Shown here: one piece after another, positions 1 to 9,800 of the stretch
Numbering within the stretch: the first letter of the stretch is position 1
Layout: every line of letters starts with the position of its first letter
From: a virus
Taxonomy: Duplodnaviria; Caudoviricetes
Strand: one strand, 5' to 3'
DNA: 64,000 nucleotides
Virus record (IMG/VR): IMGVR_UViG_3300029288_000081
Location: 96,001 to 160,000 of that record
The notes under the pieces: generated by a model
What the model was told of the DNA's origin: nothing
The model's database searches: none
Seen by the model: only the letters and a program-made list of their open reading frames with translations
Made by a program: the position numbers and the translations under genes

Positions 1-132
1 CGGCAGATCGTACCGTGGAGCGAGTGCGGTGGCCATGACGGTCAGGCCGCGTTCCGCCTCATGCGCGCGACGAACGCTTCGTAGGGTCGGTCGCCCTTGG
101 ACCTCAGTCATCTCGCTGCGCCGCTTGGACAT
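1..132 (-). CDS. Hypothetical protein, partial (runs off the left end)
   Basis: ATG at 132, just after the stop of 143..835; frame MSKRRSEMTEVQGRPT... stays open to base 1. Confidence 0.4.
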   Translation of the reverse strand, partial: MSKRRSEMTEVQGRPTLRSVRRAHEAERGLTVMATALAPRYDLP

Positions 133-142
133 GGCAGCAGGC

Positions 143-835
143 TCAGTCGCGATCGACCTCTACGCACTCCTGACCGCCAACACGCGCCGCACCCGGTCGA
201 CAGTAGAACGTGTTGCGCGTGCCGTCGTCGGTCGTACCGCACTCCACCGGCACGAGGCCGATCCGACGAGCCCTGGCTTCGTCAAGAAATCCGCCCCAGT
301 CGTGGACCTCGCTGTCGCACACACCCCACTCGTCCACATCATCGAGCGTCATCTCCGCGACGACCTCACGGGCCCTCGCGAGTACCGACATCCATCGCTC
401 GCGGTAGGCGACCCACGGCGCATGGCGTTCCACACGGACGGTTCCGCCGACCCTGCGCGTCTGCGTCGTCGGCCAGGACGGTGGCGCGTCGCCCGCCGCG
501 TTCATCTGACCGACCCACCGAAGACGCGGCACGTCGTGCGGCCGCGCTCCGAAGAGGCGCCTGGCGTACGCACGAGCGAAGGTCTCGTAGCGGAGACCCT
601 GTCGCGCGGAGCCTCGCAGCATCACCTCGTGGATGGCCAGGCCATCCCCGCGATCGAAGCAGTCCCAACCAGCCTCCGAGACGCAGAGCCTCGCGAGCGC
701 CAGCTCGGGCGTGAGGCGACGGGCCGGGACATCCTGCGCTCCTGCGGACGCGCATCCCCTCCATGCCAGCACCGAGACGGCGAGCGCGAAGAAGATGGCG
801 ATCGCAACATTGTCGATCAAAGCGTGTCGATTCAT
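143..835 (-). CDS. Putative cell-wall hydrolase (SleB/Hydrolase_2-like) with N-terminal signal anchor; candidate endolysin
   Basis: N-terminal TM (VAIAIFFALAVSVLAW); LALARLCVSEAG resembles the SleB catalytic-Glu motif; RNTFY near the C-terminus; start re-called at MNRHAL. Confidence 0.5.
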   Translation of the reverse strand: MNRHALIDNVAIAIFFALAVSVLAWRGCASAGAQDVPARRLTPELALARLCVSEAGWDCFDRGDGLAIHEVMLRGSARQGLRYETFARAYARRLFGARPHDVPRLRWVGQMNAAGDAPPSWPTTQTRRVGGTVRVERHAPWVAYRERWMSVLARAREVVAEMTLDDVDEWGVCDSEVHDWGGFLDEARARRIGLVPVECGTTDDGTRNTFYCRPGAARVGGQECVEVDRD

Positions 836-904
836 GGCCGCGAGAATAGCCATACTTTCGACTGACGCAAGCAAACGGGGTCGTGCTAGGGTGGGATCCT
901 TCTA

Positions 905-953
905 GCCGCGGGCCAGCGGGATCATCCCCCCCCCCTTGCCGCTGGTCCGCGGC
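905..953. terminator. GC-rich stem-loop (15-bp arms, one mismatch) with a C10 run in the loop
   Basis: GCCGCGGGCCAGCGG (905-919) and CCGCTGGTCCGCGGC (939-953), intergenic; no clear U-tract. Confidence 0.4.
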
Positions 954-958
954 CCCTA

Positions 959-1447
959 CTACTTCCCGCTCGCCTTGGTGGCGTCGTACGCGCCCTCTTC
1001 GAGGTGGTTGCCGCGGTAGGAGTTCTCGCCGCGGAGCCACGCAGCGAGCATGGCGCCGAGGTAGGCGAACCAGCCGGCGCTGATCCAGCACATGAAGAAG
1101 ATGGGCACGCCCCACCCGGTGTGAGCGATCGACGCGGCGATGATGCCGACCATGAGCCCTGCGAGCGCTGAGGCTTCCTGCTGCTCGGTGTGATGCAGCT
1201 CGTGGCGGATGGTCGTCTCGTTGTCGCCGTTCGGCGCGAGCATGATCGCGTAGCCGCCCATGTTCGTTCCGCCCCAGCCCTTGTACCAGCTCCGCATCGG
1301 CCAGCTCGTGGACCGCAGCCGCGTGAAGAGCACCCCGTCGCGCCACCAGAGCTTGTCGCCCCACATCGCGCGGACGCAGAGGATGACCAGCACGCCCAGG
1401 AAGAGCGGCCAGCAGAGGATCTGACGGATGATGGTCTTGGCGTTCAT
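959..1447 (-). CDS. Membrane protein with an HExxH zincin-like motif
   Basis: Three hydrophobic segments; TIRHELHHTEQ and YRGNHLEEGAY motifs. Confidence 0.7.
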   Translation of the reverse strand: MNAKTIIRQILCWPLFLGVLVILCVRAMWGDKLWWRDGVLFTRLRSTSWPMRSWYKGWGGTNMGGYAIMLAPNGDNETTIRHELHHTEQQEASALAGLMVGIIAASIAHTGWGVPIFFMCWISAGWFAYLGAMLAAWLRGENSYRGNHLEEGAYDATKASGK

Positions 1448-1763
1448 GCCGGCGTCTTAGCACGCCAGCGGGGGCGGTTCAGGGGTCGAGCACGTCGTTG
1501 GCCTTGGAGAGGATCACGTCCTCTTCCTTCGCCTTCTTCGCGTCGATGCCCGCAGCCGTCAGCCGGTCTGCATCGACGCCCCAGGTGCCGCCCACGATCT
1601 CGACCGGCTCGTCGTCGGTGGTCGTTGTGATCGTCTCGACGTGCCGACCGCCCCCGATGCGCGTGCCTCGGGCTGGTCGATCTTGTTGAGCAGCGTCGAG
1701 ACCAGGAGGATCCCCACACCGCCGCTCGCGCCGGCCATGAGGTGCGATCGTGGGCTCGCCAGG

Positions 1764-1994
1764 TCAGTTCAGCCTGCGGCTGACGCACTCGTAGCTCGTG
1801 ATCGACCCGGTCCAGTTCGGCGTCGTCATCGCTGGCGTTGGCGATGAGTCGATGGGTCCGATCCACGAGCACCATGCTCCGAGGCCCGTGCTCCACACGC
1901 GCTGCGCGTAAACCGGGGGCGTGCTGCCACCGCCCGCAGCGCGGGTCAGGGTGCGGACAGAAGGTGCGAGACGGGCGAGGGTGTAGGTCGGCAT
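1764..1994 (-). CDS. Hypothetical protein (76 aa)
   Basis: GAGGA RBS upstream; follows 2004..3017. Confidence 0.65.
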   Translation of the reverse strand: MPTYTLARLAPSVRTLTRAAGGGSTPPVYAQRVWSTGLGAWCSWIGPIDSSPTPAMTTPNWTGSITSYECVSRRLN

Positions 1995-2003
1995 AGCTGA
2001 TCC

Positions 2004-3017
2004 TCACGGGAGCGGGGTCGTCGCGGAGTCAGGCCAGGGCATGAGGACGCCGCCACCGACGTAGGCCCATCCCAGCGAGGCTGCATCCTCACCCCAGTTG
2101 CCCCAGGCCCGCGCAACGGTGCCAGAAGCAAGGCCGCCCGTAGTGAGCAGCCCCTTGATGAACCTGGTCCCGGCTGTCGTGCCCATGCCGCCAAGCATCT
2201 GCACGATCTGATCCTCGCCGCCAACCGCATCACCGCCTCCTGCCGCAGGAGTGTTGAGCCCAAAGGCAGCGGGTGCGATTGCCTGCATGTCCCCACCAAA
2301 GATACTGACCACCAACGGATTCCAGCCCCACCCCGCCCAGCAGTTACCGGCTCCTGCCGGGCCGGATCCGACGAAGACCATCACCGGGTCGGCGTCAGCG
2401 GCCGAGGATGAACCCACGTCCACACCACACACCGCGATGTACTTACTCAGCGTCGTACCCGACGACGTGATGAAGGCATAGCCCCACGACAGCGCCCCGC
2501 CCTCCGCCGGGGTGTCGTCACCCCAGAAGTGGTAGTAGCCCGTCGTGTTGTAAGGCACGAGGATGCCCGTCGAAAGTGAGGCGCGAGAGCCGCCCACGAG
2601 CGAGACTTCGCACGTCGCCGCCCCCGGCGGCGTAGTTGCATTCACGCCCGCGGACGTGAAGGCAGGCGTTGACCCCAGGCCGGGGTTGTAGATGCAGATG
2701 CCGTAGCCCGCCCAGCCTGTGGCGTTGTCGGTCTGCTGAAAGAGCACCTGCCGCGCATCGTTTTCCAGGACCACCCACGCCCGCCGGTTGCCAGCGTCAC
2801 CTGCGATGAGCGTCGTAGCGTTGTTCCGCACCGTCGCTCCGGTGAAGACGTTGTACGGCCCTGCGGTGACGCCCACGTACTGGTAGAGCGCGTCGCCGTC
2901 GCCGCTGCCCACCACCACCCAGCCGACGGCGACGAGGTGGTTGATCAGCGCGTAGAGCCACGGGCCAGCGTAGTCGCCAGACGTTTGCGCGTTGTTGACG
3001 TCGAAGATGCGAGCCAT
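2004..3017 (-). CDS. Putative virion structural/receptor-binding protein (Gly/Ala/Thr-rich, beta-rich)
   Basis: Composition, GAGGAG RBS, position in the spike gene cluster. Confidence 0.6.
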   Translation of the reverse strand: MARIFDVNNAQTSGDYAGPWLYALINHLVAVGWVVVGSGDGDALYQYVGVTAGPYNVFTGATVRNNATTLIAGDAGNRRAWVVLENDARQVLFQQTDNATGWAGYGICIYNPGLGSTPAFTSAGVNATTPPGAATCEVSLVGGSRASLSTGILVPYNTTGYYHFWGDDTPAEGGALSWGYAFITSSGTTLSKYIAVCGVDVGSSSAADADPVMVFVGSGPAGAGNCWAGWGWNPLVVSIFGGDMQAIAPAAFGLNTPAAGGGDAVGGEDQIVQMLGGMGTTAGTRFIKGLLTTGGLASGTVARAWGNWGEDAASLGWAYVGGGVLMPWPDSATTPLP

Positions 3018-3024
3018 GGTCTCC

Positions 3025-3606
3025 TCAGAAGTTCAGCGTCACGCCGAGCACGAGCGCAGTGCCCGCCGCGTCGTCCGAGACGATCTCGAAGACGTACCAG
3101 TCGTCCGCGACGATGTTTACCGCTCCCGCGAGCGTCTGGTTGTTGAGCGCCCCGGCTGTGCTCCACGCGAGACCGGCGACAAGCGCACCGGTCGTCTGGC
3201 GACGGACCTGCAACGTCGCGGTGCCCGCCACGAGCGCCCCGATGAGCGCGTTGCTCGTCGCGAGCACCACGGCTCCGTTCGTCAGCCACACCGCTCCGAC
3301 AGAGACAGCGTCCTTGCCATTCGAGGCGATGGTGCTGCCCGAGGTCGCGATGCGGATCGGCGGCGTGCTCGCCGCGCCCGTGAGCGCCCAGACCGCGTCG
3401 TTGACGCCTGCGGTCCCAGCGCTCGTGCAGTGGCACGGGCCTGTGCCCGTGATGTAGGCCGTGTCGCCGACTTCGAGCACGCCGCTGGTCAGGTTGATCG
3501 CTACAGCGGTGCCCGACGCCTTGGGACAAGCGGCGAGGCTCGCGTAGTTGCCCCAGTCACGGGTGAACTGCGAGCGGGTCTGTGCTCCGGGGGTTGTGGT
3601 CGACAT
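3025..3606 (-). CDS. Putative virion structural protein
   Basis: Ala/Thr/Gly-rich, beta-strand pattern; coupled to 3606..5267. Confidence 0.6.
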   Translation of the reverse strand: MSTTTPGAQTRSQFTRDWGNYASLAACPKASGTAVAINLTSGVLEVGDTAYITGTGPCHCTSAGTAGVNDAVWALTGAASTPPIRIATSGSTIASNGKDAVSVGAVWLTNGAVVLATSNALIGALVAGTATLQVRRQTTGALVAGLAWSTAGALNNQTLAGAVNIVADDWYVFEIVSDDAAGTALVLGVTLNF

Positions 3607-5267
3607 CAGCTTCCGTAGTTCGAGGCGACATTGTTCAGCACACCCAGATCCGTGACCGGAGCGAGGATGCTCCCTCGACAGTAGTTCCCCACCACTTGGT
3701 TGGAGGACGTGTCCGCAGCGAGCAAAATGGCCTGGGGCCCGACAGAGCCCTCAACCCGGTTGCCGTTGACCACGTTGCCGAAGGTCGCGATCAGTTCGAT
3801 CTTCGCGTAGTTGCGCGAAAACGACGTGAACCCGTTGTTCGCGATCACGCAAGAGTCCGTGCCGGTGATGCGGATGAGCGGTCGTGCGACGGCGTCCACC
3901 GCGTATACCTGCACGTTGGACACATTCGCACGGTAGCCCGCGGCCTCGATCAAGATCGGAACGTCCATGCTGGAGGCTTGAATGTAACCACCAGTCACCT
4001 GACACAACACGGTCCTGATGCGGACAGCGATGGCGGTGTTGGCCCCGGCATCGTTGATGTTCATCATGGGCGTGACGATCGACACCGCCCCGCCGCCGTT
4101 CCAGAGATCGAAGCCGGTCCCGGTCGTCATCGAGAGCCGAGGAGCCGTGACGGTCAGGTAGAAGCTGGCGTTGGAGATCACACCAGTGCCGGTCGCTGGC
4201 ACGATGAACGTACAGCTATCGAGCCCCTGGTAGAAGGTCCCCCGGAACTCCGCAGAGACGAGACACTCGCGGAAGTAGATGTTCGAGAACAGGTTCGAGC
4301 TGAGGTTGGTGCCAGCCCGGTAGACAAGGAGCCCGTGCGCGCCGCCCGCGCCGCCGACGTAGCCGTTCGCGAACGTCGAGGTGGACCACGCGATGTTGAT
4401 GACGATCGCAGTAAGGGTCCCGTCTGCGACGAAACGGAAATTGCTCATCTGAATCGAGCCGCCGCCAAGGGAGACGTTGGTCGAGTTCGTCTGGATGACT
4501 GCGGACACCGCGAAGCCGGTCGCGTCGATGTTCACGGCCTTCAGGAACGAGCGGTCTGTGGAGATCGCCACGTCGCCGCCGGTCGAGGTGAAGTTCGTCA
4601 CCTGGGCGTAGCTGCCGTTGACCATGCGGAGCCCGACGGTGGGCGCGGCCGAGCCCGTCTTCGTCGACATGCTCACCCGGACGTTGTCCAAGATCGTCAC
4701 ATCCGTCTCGGACCCCGAGACGAGCGACACCGCCGCGCGCAGCGTGCCCGTGGCGGCTGCGGCCACGATCACGTTGAGGTCGCGCAGGACACTCTTCGAG
4801 CGCGCCTCGACGACGCCCGTGAGGCCCACGCCGGCCGCGTCGGCGACCGGCGACGACAAGGTCATATCCGTAAGCTGGCACGAGTCAGCCAGCGAAAAAA
4901 TACCCTGAGAGCCCGAGGACCGGCCAGTCACCACCGTCGCCCCGACGCCCTCCCCGGAGACAACTGTCGAGGCAGGAAGCACGATGGCCGTCAGAGGCGC
5001 TCCCGCGAGGTCGAAGTCGTAGTCACCACGCCGGACGTAGATACGACCAGGGCCGCCTCCGAGGCGAGTAACCGCCGCCTCGATGCCAGCGCCGTTGCCC
5101 GTGTCCGGGATGTAGACGAACCCGTCGGTGTCGTAGGCCACGGCCGAGTCGCCGGCTGGGACGTTGCCCACGAGGATCGTCGGAGCGAAGCGATCTTGAG
5201 CATCGACCGGCGGAGGACCTCCTCCTGAACCGGAACTCGTGATGCGTGGAATCCAGCGGCTGCTCAT
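3606..5267 (-). CDS. Right-handed beta-helix (pectin-lyase-like) spike or receptor-binding protein
   Basis: IEAAV...GGGPGRIYVRRGDY...VSGEGVGATVV start typical of tailspike beta-helices; Asn-ladder repeats (IANNGF, VNGNRV, VVGNYC). Confidence 0.75.
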   Translation of the reverse strand: MSSRWIPRITSSGSGGGPPPVDAQDRFAPTILVGNVPAGDSAVAYDTDGFVYIPDTGNGAGIEAAVTRLGGGPGRIYVRRGDYDFDLAGAPLTAIVLPASTVVSGEGVGATVVTGRSSGSQGIFSLADSCQLTDMTLSSPVADAAGVGLTGVVEARSKSVLRDLNVIVAAAATGTLRAAVSLVSGSETDVTILDNVRVSMSTKTGSAAPTVGLRMVNGSYAQVTNFTSTGGDVAISTDRSFLKAVNIDATGFAVSAVIQTNSTNVSLGGGSIQMSNFRFVADGTLTAIVINIAWSTSTFANGYVGGAGGAHGLLVYRAGTNLSSNLFSNIYFRECLVSAEFRGTFYQGLDSCTFIVPATGTGVISNASFYLTVTAPRLSMTTGTGFDLWNGGGAVSIVTPMMNINDAGANTAIAVRIRTVLCQVTGGYIQASSMDVPILIEAAGYRANVSNVQVYAVDAVARPLIRITGTDSCVIANNGFTSFSRNYAKIELIATFGNVVNGNRVEGSVGPQAILLAADTSSNQVVGNYCRGSILAPVTDLGVLNNVASNYGS

Positions 5268-5283
5268 GAGCGCTCGACCGGCC

Positions 5284-5988
5284 TCAACCGACCGACTCCT
5301 GGTAGTTCGTTCCGCCCAGCGTGCCGACCGACCATCCGAGGCTGATCGTCATGGTCGGCGGGGCGTTGCCCAGGCCACCAGCGTCAGCGTCCCAGGTCAT
5401 GCCGAGCGCGTAGCCCATCGCAGGGTAGAGGAACGCCGACCAGCGCGAGACGACCTGCGGGGTCGGGAAGTTCGCGATGTTCACCGGGTCGTTCGGGTCG
5501 GGCAGGTCCATCACGAGGCAGTCGTCGAGCAGGACAGAGTCGCTGTTCGGGAGCGTGGGGATGACCGGCGGCGCAACCGAGAACGGGGTCGTGTCGAGGC
5601 GCTTGGGGCTCGGGGTCCACACGTAGCGGTTGTTCGAGACCTCGTCTCCGACGACCGGTCCGTTGCCGAACGTCACGCGGTCGATCTGCTCCCATCTCGG
5701 GAAGCCCGGGGCCCGGTACTCCTTGTTCGGCCTGGCCCACCAGAGCTTGAGCCGGATGCGCGAAGCCCAGTCCCCGCCAGCGGTGCCGGACACCACGCCG
5801 AGCCAGAAGAAGATCTGCTGCCCCAGCCTGAAGCTATTGAGCGGGGTCACCTGCTGGATCACCGCCGTGTCGATCGCCGCGCCCGTTCCGTGCGACTGCG
5901 CGGCCAGCACGATGGACGGCTGCACAAGGAGCCGACCGCCCCGCGACGCGAGCGGCTGGACCTCGCCGAACTCGGCTCCGCGGCTCAT
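5284..5988 (-). CDS. Hypothetical protein, probably structural (beta-rich, 234 aa)
   Basis: Start re-called at MSRGAEF, which overlaps (ATGA) the stop of 5985..6608. Confidence 0.65.
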   Translation of the reverse strand: MSRGAEFGEVQPLASRGGRLLVQPSIVLAAQSHGTGAAIDTAVIQQVTPLNSFRLGQQIFFWLGVVSGTAGGDWASRIRLKLWWARPNKEYRAPGFPRWEQIDRVTFGNGPVVGDEVSNNRYVWTPSPKRLDTTPFSVAPPVIPTLPNSDSVLLDDCLVMDLPDPNDPVNIANFPTPQVVSRWSAFLYPAMGYALGMTWDADAGGLGNAPPTMTISLGWSVGTLGGTNYQESVG

Positions 5989-6608
5989 CGAACGCCCTTG
6001 GTCTTGGTCTTGTAGTTCACGGGGGTCGTGTCCGTCAGGCGCGACCAGCAGGGGCCGCAGTGGTGGGTGTCGTAGACGGTCGTCATCATGACCCGACTGG
6101 TGGTGGTCCCGCAAGAGGCGCAGGGCAAACCACCCTCGCGAGTGTCAGACACATCGGTGACACGGGAGCCCGGGAAGATGTCGGCCAGCAGGTCCTTGGC
6201 GCGGTCGACGGCGCAGATGGCCGACTTCGGATCTTCGGTCGCGAGCACCGCGCGCATCTCGCCCCAGGTGTAGCGCTTGCCGCGGCCGATCTCGATCTTC
6301 CGATCGCCGTCGAGGATCGTGTACGTGATCCCGAGATACTCCGCCGTGCGCGTGTCGATCCCACCGAGCAGATCTGCTCGCCCCGCTCGCACCGCCGCAG
6401 CGCAGAGAGCTTCGAGCCTCGCCATGAGCACACGGGTGTCGTGAGGGTTCAGCTCGCCCTTGGCGATCAGCGCCTCGACCTCGTGAGCCCACGGCCGCGG
6501 GAAGTGGACCGCGATCTCCGGAGTCTTGCCCCACGCGATCAGCTCGTCGGGGATGATGGCGGGGAAGTTATCCACGCTTGCGCTCACCGATGCCGTAGGG
6601 CAGCTCAC
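5985..6608 (-). CDS. Hypothetical protein with a C-terminal CxxC...CxxC zinc finger
   Basis: CASC and CGPC; start position uncertain. Confidence 0.65.
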   Translation of the reverse strand: MSCPTASVSASVDNFPAIIPDELIAWGKTPEIAVHFPRPWAHEVEALIAKGELNPHDTRVLMARLEALCAAAVRAGRADLLGGIDTRTAEYLGITYTILDGDRKIEIGRGKRYTWGEMRAVLATEDPKSAICAVDRAKDLLADIFPGSRVTDVSDTREGGLPCASCGTTTSRVMMTTVYDTHHCGPCWSRLTDTTPVNYKTKTKGVR

Positions 6609-6846
6609 TCAGTGGACCCATCGGACTCGGATCGAGGCGAACGAACATGACCAGAAGCGTCTCGGTACCCTTTCCGGTATCCGCTCGAAACTCGATCATC
6701 TGGCCAACCGTCGCTTCCTTCTCGAACATCCTGGTCACGGCTGCGATCTGCGCATCCATTCTGTCGAGGTCTTTTGCAACCGGTGCCAGAGACTGGACCA
6801 CGGAGACCCCCGCCAACGAGACAACGAGGAACTTCTTCTCTTCCAT
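6568..6846 (-). CDS. Hypothetical protein (92 aa)
   Basis: MEEKKFLVV..., AAAGGA RBS. Confidence 0.65.
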   Translation of the reverse strand: MEEKKFLVVSLAGVSVVQSLAPVAKDLDRMDAQIAAVTRMFEKEATVGQMIEFRADTGKGTETLLVMFVRLDPSPMGPLSELPYGIGERKRG

Positions 6847-6857
6847 GAACGATCCTT

Positions 6858-9800
6858 TCAGTACGGAATGAACGGCTTCTTGTTCGGCACGTAGAGCACA
6901 CCGTTCTGGTTCGGACCGTACTGGTTCTCCAGCATGTCCATCGCAGCGCGAGCGCCCGTCTTCACACTGTGTCGAGAGTACCACACGTACCCCGGGTGTG
7001 CTCGGTCTTCCCAGCTCGGCTTGTACCACCCACTGAACGGGAACTCGCGCGACATCCGCCGGCTCGCCTCCTTGGTGCGCATCAGCCTCTGGCTGGCGAG
7101 CTGGTAGATGTTCTTCCAGGCGGCAGGCGGCTCCCACACCTGCTGTGCCATCGACAGGACCGCGCGCCAAGGGAGGCCGGTCATAGGACCCTCTGTCTGG
7201 GGTCCAGAGGCTCCAGGGTCGCCTGGCATGTTGGCCTCTGTGGTAGGTGTAGGTGGGGTCGGTCGACATAGGATAGGCTGATCTCTAAGAAGAGAGTCTC
7301 TATAGAGATCAGCCTGACCTTGACAGGATGGCGCACTTGCTGTGGCACGGTGCCACATCCCGTTCAAGAACTCATCCATCTCGATCCCGAAAAAGGCGTG
7401 CAAAAACACGGGACTAGCGAATCCGAACATCTCCTCCAGCGCGCAGAGGGCGATGTATGACTCGGACGTGGTCAGGCACCCGTCTCCGTACCACGTTCTG
7501 ATTTTTGACCGGCCGGCCGGTCCGCCCGGAAGGTTCACGGTGACCGCGGCGGCGATGGTATCTTCCGTGAACGGGATCGCGTCACCGAGCACGACCATGA
7601 GCTTGTCGCTCCGGAGAGGGCGCACACGGTGCAGAGCTTGCGCCAACTCGCTGACATTCCGGCGGTCGTGCTCCTGCTTGATGCGCCAATGCGTGCCTGG
7701 GTCTGCCATCTTGTGGGCGATGTCGGCCTTGTTCATGTCGAGGCGGATGCGGGTACTCTCGACGAAAGCCTCGTCGGTCTTGTTGAGCATGAGGAGCTTC
7801 TTCGTGTCGCGCGCGGCTCGTGCGTTGACCTTGTGGAGCATGCCTCCGATGTTCTGCACGTAGTCCGAGATCGTGACGACGGCGTCCCAGTCGCCGTACT
7901 GATCTTTGCCGCGTCCGCCTCCCCAGTTCTCGAAGGCCCAGGCTGCGACGCCGAAGTTGTTGTTGTCCGCGAAGGTCTTCTCGACGCGCTCCCTGAGCGA
8001 GCCGTGGGCGTAGATGAGCACCTTCTTCTCGGCGCACTTCCGGAGAACCGTGATGAGAATAGCCTCGTGCTCTCCCCACCCATCGGTCGTCAGGTAGGTG
8101 ATGTTTGCCTTCGTGCGAAACCTGGCGGGGACTGACCCGGACGGGAACCGCGCGACATGGTTGATGATCGTGACCGGGTCGACGTAGCTCGGGTCCGCCG
8201 GGAGCGAGGCTGGCTTGTCGAAGACCTGCCTAGTGTGCTCGATGTTCGCGTACGCGTCTCCGTAGATGATGTTCGTGTTCTGATCCAGCATGCTGACGAA
8301 GTCCTGGAAGACGAAGCGCCACTCACCCTGCGCGAACTCCAGCCGCACGCGGTAGACCGTGTCGAACTCGTCGCTCTCGGCAAGGGCAGCGTCGACCTGC
8401 GCCGAGGTCATCGTGCTCGACATCTCCTTCTGGTGGATCTTCTTGTAGGCGAGGCGACGGAGCTGGGTCCGCATGGCGTCCTCCTCGAAGAGGGCCTCGC
8501 CGAGCAGGGAGAGGCCTCGCGGTGGCACCACGAGGCTCACAGCGGCCGCGGTGGTCGCCCCGTGCAGAGAACCAGCCGCAGGATGGACGTGGCTGTCGCA
8601 GACGTCACGGAGGACACGCGTGGCGCTCTGGAGACCATGCTGCTGCCCGAACGGCCCCGAGGCGACACGGTCGAAGAGCTTGTGCAGGTCGTTGCCGGCG
8701 TAGGCGCTGCCATGTCGGTTGTGGATGGGGCTCTGGACGCCGTTGACGACCCAACCCCTGCCCTCCAGCGCCTTGCGCTCCAGCTCGGCCTGCGCGAAGG
8801 CGCCACGGAGCAGGGTGGCCATCGCGTGGGCAGCTCGGTCCTCCGGCTTGGGCGGCGTGGGCAGCACGAGGTGCTCGGCCTTCACGACGACCTCGGGCTC
8901 GAACGCGTCGGTAGGATCCTCGTCGACCATCAGCATGTCGCACGGCCAGAACTTGCCGAAGCGCCCCCCTCCGCTTGCGACGGCCGCGAGGTAGCCGGCA
9001 GTTGTCGTGGCGATGATCGGGTAGTCGTTCATGCCGAAGCGAGCCGATGCTGTGTCGTTCTGCGCGTTCTGCCTGCTGCGGTAGTAGGGGCAAACGGTGA
9101 AGGTGCGGAGCTTGCGCGCGATGTCCGGGTGGTACTCGCAGCGAGAGCACACGGTGCTGCCGGGCGAGTAGCCGTGGGCCTGCACAACCTTCACGTTGTC
9201 GAAGCACCAGCAGGTGCTCTCGTCGCGCCCCTGGATGACGTGCAGGCGCACCTGCCCGTGCCCAGCGTTCTGGATGCGAGACACCAGCTCGCCAACCAAG
9301 ATCTCCTTGGTGCGCACCGCCATCACCACACGCTGACGCTGCGACTGCTCATGAAGAGCCGTATCCACCATCGTCTTCGTCTTGCCTACGCCGGGACTCG
9401 GCTTGGCGATGAGCATCTGCCCCTTCTTGCCGCGCACGTTCGCTGCCCAGGCAGCAACGTCTGCCTGCACCTTGGAGGAGACCGTCGCCCAGTCCTGGAC
9501 CTGCGGAAGAGGCGGCTCCTGGGCTCCCTCGCTCAAGCTGTCGGGCGTGAGCGCGAGCGCTCCGAGGCGCTCGACCTCCTTGAAGGCGCCGAGCGCGACC
9601 TGATAGGAGGCGGCCCAGACGATGAAGTCCAGGTCGGGGTCTGCGGATGCACGGAGGCGGCCCGCGTCGATCCTGACGTGCAGCACCGCCTCGATGAGCT
9701 TGGCGACGGGCTCGTTGATGGCGGTGCGCAGCGCGGTGGAGAGGACGTTCTTCGAGGCGTTGCGGAACCTCTGCCGTGCCGTGAGGGCGCGCTCGTGCAG

